This document shows, in pieces, positions 58,023 through 64,000 of a stretch of DNA of 64,000 nt. Both the position numbers and the translations under genes were made by a program. The notes beneath the pieces are model-generated. The model was not told the DNA's origin. It did no database searches and was given only the letters and a program-made list of their open reading frames with translations. Where the stretch lies: assembly GCF_009914755.1 (NCBI RefSeq), contig NC_060929.1. The stretch is one strand, 5' to 3'. Origin of the DNA: the human T2T-CHM13v2.0 reference genome, Homo sapiens. Every line of letters starts with the position of its first letter. The first letter of the stretch is position 1.

Positions 58023-60789
58023 AATAATATTTTAAGATGCAAGAGAAAAAGTCCCAAGTTTTCTGATTGTTTGATGATTTAGAAACCAATAATACAGTAG
58101 TAGTCTAATCTGTTGGATTCCCCTTCTAAGAAATAATAATTATTTTAAAATAGATTATTTCCTCCACATATTCCCAGCATGTCACTTGTATCTAATTATT
58201 TTTATAGCTTTGAATTCAGCTGAAATAGCTTTGGAAAAGAAATAAATTGGTTTCAAAAGCAATAAGTGATTCATTAGCAGGTGGTGACGTTTAGTATCTG
58301 ATAATTTTCTTAAAATCCTATCTAAACAGTGATGTCAAGTTATTAAAGTTTGCACATTTAAAATGTTAACCAGTATAATCATTATCTGAACTATATATCT
58401 TTGTTAACTGCCATAAAACCAAAGCATTTTAAGGTCCTGACCTATAAAACGAATAGTCTGCTATTGTGTCTCCTGAAAGTATATGGTCTTTATCTGCTTT
58501 CTGTCTCTAAGGACCTATGTTATTTTATTGTTACCTTTGCGGGCAATGGAACTTTTCATTTTGCCATCATATTTTCTCTTTAAATATTATTTCTAATTTT
58601 CAGTATGCCTTTTAAAATCACGTAAATTTGCCATTTTTGAGTTATAATTTTCCCCTCGACTCAGCTATATATGAAAATGAGGTTTAAACTTAGTAGGAAA
58701 AAAACAGCAGGCAGGCAGAAAAGCAAATTTTAAGAAGAATCTATGTGCTAAGAACATATTCTGGTTTTTAAGCTTCAAGATTTCTGCTAATATCTCACAT
58801 CAACTAATAGTAGGTTTGATCTCTTGTGATTGGGAGAAGAGCAAAATTAAAAGAAGAAAAGCCTACCATACTTGACATATTATAATTAATTCATTATATT
58901 TCCGTTAACAATTAGTTTTTACAGAGTAACTGCTACTTCTAAATTTTTACATAAATAAAAGAGAACTCAAGATGAATTATAAAAGATAAGGTATGTGTAC
59001 AGGTGACTATATCTTCATTCATTGTCTGCCTGCAACCAGGTTTTGTGTGTCTGTAATATAACCAGGGAAGCGGTTGTGATAAATTGAAAAAAATATATGT
59101 ACCTTTCCACTTCATCAGAAAACCACCTGCAATGCATTGTCAAAACAATTGCTACAGAAATTTCCACATTTCCTATACACATATTCCTGAGTTGCATTTT
59201 GTCAACATAAGTATGAATAATTTATCTAAATTATTATATTCTTCAATCACATCACTTTTTATCTCTGTACCCCATCCAACTTATTTTGGGTGTTAAACAT
59301 TTTAGAAAATCGGAAACACTGTGTTGCAAGTGGTTGCCGCTAAAGTTGATGCTGGAATCTGTTGGGAAAGTCTTGTTTGCAAATCTGCCACAGCAGCCAA
59401 TGCTGAAGATACTCTCATCTGTGGAGATTGCTGTGTTGCTGGTGGAATCCACAATCCTACACTGTCTGTGAATTTTGGCATTAATTGGAGATTCTGTCTC
59501 CAATGCAATCCTAGTCCTTTCCTGTTTATCACTATCTAGATGAATTCCTCCTTAACAGAAGTATCTTAGCAAATGAAAGTTGAATTGCACCGCAGGCTTT
59601 ACATATAATACAGTAACTCTTCTAACTGTACCCAGCAGCGAGTGGCATATGGACTTGTGGCAACATAACAGGGGAATAAAGCTATAAATAAAAATAAAAC
59701 CACCTAGATAAATATTTGCTGGAAATGTATTCATTATGAGAGAAGAAAATCTTTTAATTTTCCCAATAATGTTGTGGAAAACATTCTAATTTGTTGATGG
59801 AAATTTATATTTTGAGTCTGAATGTTTTTATTAGGTTCAGTTAAAATTGTTCTCTTGACAGGTCATAAGTATGAAAACTGTTTTGTAATACCAATTTGTA
59901 TGCATCTTCTACATCGTTATTTTCTGCCTGTTTTAGATAAAATTGGCTGTAAATATAAACCAGAAACTTAAGCAAACAGCAAGTGAAAAAAGATTATTTT
60001 GTAAGACATTCTATGATCTTGTTTATGATTATCATTCAGCCCAAACTGTATGATAACAATCGATTATTGATTATAAATCATCTTCTAGGTCACTGCTACA
60101 TTCAATCACTTGGCTTGGAGGTAGTTTTTACTTTTTATTTCTTTTCTGGACTGTTGGTCAAAGTATTAAAACATCGTATGGAATGCAATCTAACCCCCCT
60201 CACCCCCAGCCATTCAATAGAATAGCTTCAATAATTTTCTACATAATCCTATATCAGGGACAATAATATGAACTGCAGAAGAGTGAAAATAGCATTCATT
60301 TAACAGAAATGACAAATTAAACAAGTACTATACATATGAGGAACTTCAGATGTATCTATTTCTTTTTTACCACTGTCTTCTATGATGGAAGTTGATGGAG
60401 ACATGCATACTTCTCAGGCTCTCTAAATTAATTCTTCCTGTCGTTATTAGCCCCGCATTATTTCTCCTATGTGTACACACCAATCAGTCATCTAAAATTA
60501 CAACTATTTAACCACTTTGATCAGATATTTTGTCATCCTACTACTGAAGGGGAATTTAAGTTCCATAAAAAGACCCATAGGAAAGTTTACTTTCTGGAAA
60601 TTGATTTTTACATTGTATAATAGTATAGGCAATTTCTTACATTATTTGTATCTTTAAAGGCAGAGAAATATATGTATATAAACAATGTATCAAAACTTCA
60701 CTTGTAAATTCAATGTAACTTAGTTATACTTGACATATAAAAGTACCAAAAGGAGTTTTGTCTGCCTACCTGAAATTCTTTTAGTCTAT

Positions 60790-61055
60790 TCTTATAAGAG
60801 GCTTCCTCTGACCATCTTATAAAAATTAAATTTTCACAGTTTTAATAGTATATTTACTTATTTGCTTGAATCACAGTAATTCTCACAATTTCTTTTCTTC
60901 ATAATGCATCTGCTTAGTTTATTATCTGTCTCTTCTTCTAGGAAGTATAAGATTTTTCGTAAATGATAAGACATTTTCTTTTTTATTTATACCATAAAAC
61001 CAAGGCTAAAATCTATATCCAGTATATATTTATTACTAAATGAATTAATAAATAA
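60790..61055 (+). mobile_element. L2 3' fragment
   Basis: cttcctctgaccatc...tttattatctgtctcttc...ends tatttattactaaatgaattaataaat. Confidence 0.5.
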
Positions 61056-61588
61056 TTTGGATTCATATTATAATTTTTCTTCATATCAGCATCTTACAAT
61101 GTAGTGACCATATACATAGGTTACACATTTGCCATTCTCTTAGACTACTATCATTCACTTTATGATAAATATGCCACCAAATTCATCTTTTCAATATGCT
61201 ACAAAATTATGTAGAGAAAAAAATCTATATATCACATACTCTTTTGTGAAATATGAGATCATAATGGCAATGAAAACTTCTCAAAAATAGAGAAATTCAT
61301 ATAAAGTTGACTACTTAAAGAAAGTCGTAATTGAAATCTGTATTATGACCCAATTTTCTAATTTGATAAAAGAAAAAATAAGATTATCTCATGACCAGAA
61401 CTTTCTGGCACATTCAATATATAATCATATTCTTGAACATCAGGAAATGCCTTCCCTACATTATGATACATCCTTTTATTTATACTCAAATTGTCAGGAC
61501 CAAAAATGTGCAACCATTATAATAAGGCACAGAAGCTATAATGATAAACAATATTGATACATTCTATGTTTATAGAGAGAAAATGGAC

Positions 61589-61811
61589 TTTTTGTTTTTG
61601 TTTTAAGATGGAGTCTCTGTCACCCAGGCTGGAGTGTAGTGGTGCGATCTCAGCTTACTGCAACCTTCCCCTCCAGGTTCAAGTGAATCTCCTGCCTCAG
61701 CTGTCCCAGTAGCTGAGATTACAGGCACCCACCACCATGCCCGGCTAATTTTGTATTTTTAATAGAGACAGGATTTCGTCATGATGGCCAGGCTGGCCTG
61801 GAACTCCTAAC
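61589..61811 (-). mobile_element. AluS-type, lacking ~80 nt of 5' end
   Basis: T tail, right arm, linker, left arm up to gaactcctaac, then abuts L1. Confidence 0.93.
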
Positions 61812-63855
61812 TTTTTGTCTCACTGCTCTTACAATTCTTTCCTTCATGTTAACATTAGATAACCTGATGACAATGTGCATAGGTGATGATCTTTCTGTGA
61901 TTAATTTACCAGGTGTTCTTTGTGCTTCTTATATTTGGATGTTTAGGTATCTATCAAGGCCGGGGAAGTTTTCCTCGATTATTCCCCCAAATATGTTTTC
62001 CAAACTTTTACATTTATCTTCTTCCTCAGGAACGCCAATTTTTCTTAGATTTGGTCATTTAACGTAATGCCAGACTTCTCAGGGGCTTTGTTCATATTTT
62101 CTTATTCTTTTTTCTTTGTCTTTGTCGGATTGGGTTCATTCAAAGACCTTGTTTTCAAGCTCTGAATTTATTTCTCTGCTTGTTCAATTCTATTACTGAG
62201 ACTTTCCAGAGCATTTTGCATTTCTGTAAGTGTGTCTGATGGTTTCCTGAAGGTTTGATTGTTTTTTTCTTTATGCTATCTATTTCCTTGAATATTTCTC
62301 CCTTCACTTCTTGTATTGTTTTTCAGATTTCCTTGCATTGGGCCTTGCCTTTCTCTGGTGCCTCCCTGATTAGCTTAATAACTAACCTCCTGAATTATTT
62401 TTCAGGTAAATCAGGGATTTTTTCTTGGTTTGGATCCATTGCTGGTGAGCTAGTGTGATTTTTTGGGGGGTGTTAAAGAGCCTTGTTTTGTTATATTACT
62501 AGGGTTGGTTTTCTGGTTCCTTCTTATTTGGGTAGCCTCTGTCAGAGGGAAGGCCTAGGGCTGAAGGCTATTGTTCAGATTCTTTTGTCCCACAAGGTTT
62601 CCCTTGATGTAGTATTCTCCCCCTTTTCCTGTAGATGTGGCTTCCTGAGAGCCAAGCTATAGTAATTGTTATCTGTCTTCTGGATCTAGCCACCCAGTAC
62701 ATCTACCAGGCTCTGGGCTTGTACTGGGGTTGTCTGCACAGAGTCCTATGATGTGAACCATCTGTGGGTCTCTCAGCCATGGATACCAGCACCTGTTCAA
62801 GTGAAGGTGGCCAGAGGGTGCAATGGACTCTGTGAGGGTTCTTAGCTTTAGTGGTTTAATGTTCTATTTGTGTGCTGGTTGGCCTCCTGCTGGGAGGTGG
62901 TGCTTTCCAGAGAGTATCAGCTGTGGTAGTATGGGGAGGAACTGGTGGTGAGTGAACTCTAGAACTCCCAGGACTATATGCCCTTTGTCTTCCACTACCT
63001 GGGTGGGAAGCAAAGGACCATGAGGTGGGGGTACGGTTAGGCATGTCTGAGCTCAATCTCCTTGGGCGAGTCTTGCTGTGGCTGCTGTAGGGGATGGGGG
63101 TAAGTTTCCCAGGTTAATGGTGTTGTGTACCCAGGAGGATTGTGGCTGTCTCTGCTGAGTCATGCAGGTTTTCAGGGAAGTGGGGGAAAGCCAGGAGTCA
63201 CAGGCCTTGCCCAGCTCCCAGGGCAATCCAAGGGGCCGGTCTCACTCCCACACCACTAACAGCACCAAGTCTGTTTCCAGACAGAGGGCAAGCAGGGATG
63301 AGAACTTGCCCCAGGCTACCTGCCTCCCAGCTGTGAAAGAAAAGGGCTTTAGTTCTTCCCCTGCCTGTGGGGCCTGCATGCCAGATTCAGGCCCTCCCCT
63401 GAGTTCTGGCCAGGAGTCTTCTCACCCAGTTCAAATTATTACAAAGTTTAGCTGGAGACGTCCTTCTCCTGTGGCATTCTCCCCAACCTCTGGCTGCCCT
63501 CCCGAAGGATCCCTATGGTGCCAGGCAGGAATGGCCTGCTTGGGAATCCAGCGAGCTCCCAGGGCCTTTCCCGCTGGTTCCTCTACCCCTGTATTTTGCT
63601 TGGCTCTCCAAATTGACTCATCTCCAGGTGAGACTGGAAAATTCTCCTGTAATCCAGAACTTGTTTCCCCAGTGGGGGTGTGTGTTCGGGGGCAGAGGCT
63701 CTATCTTCCTTTCCCACTTCTACAGTTTGGGCACTCACAGTATTTGGTGTATTCCTGTTCCTGGTTTATTCCTGCAGTCATTCTGGAGCTAAAATTTATG
63801 ATACAATCCTCCGCACACTGTTCTGTCCATCCAAGCCAGAGCACAACGTCTAGCA
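61812..63855 (-). mobile_element. L1PB/L1MA-age LINE-1 5' portion (5'UTR plus half of ORF1; L1PBa-like)
   Basis: Antisense ORF1 (ttagataacctgatgacaatgtgc, gggaagttttcctcgattattccccca) followed by a GC-richer 5'UTR. Confidence 0.85.
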
Positions 63856-64000
63856 GATCTCTTTGGGTATTACTCTGCCTTATGTACTAGAGGATATGAA
63901 AGCCTGTGAATTTGAGTTGGGCTCAGACAAGACAAAGTTTCAGGCTGTGGTACAGGCAACACTGCTACTTGGAGACCAGGTAGTGTTGGAGAGATCGGTG

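Overview
AT-rich primate (human-like) genomic DNA with no recognisable protein-coding exon, CpG island, tRNA or rRNA. It reads as a LINE-rich, Alu-poor intergenic or deep-intronic region. The main feature is a full-length (~6.13 kb) but inactivated L1PA4-type LINE-1 at 22245-28377, inserted with a TSD into an older L1M. Also present are many truncated L1s of different ages (two with twin-priming inversions), four Alus, MaLR/ERV LTRs in nested stacks, hAT MITEs (MER58, MER5), a near-consensus MADE1 hairpin (miR-548/SETMAR-site type), L2/MIR relics and many microsatellites. Almost every ORF in the supplied track is L1-derived, repeat-derived or chance. I found no evidence of a new multi-gene biological system. 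The most interesting signals are mutational fossils: a locally templated insertion inside an L1, template-switch palindromes, a 28-bp TSD and nested insertions. A few unique stretches could be conserved non-coding elements. Subfamily names come from recalled consensus sequences, not a database search, and boundaries of old repeats are approximate.
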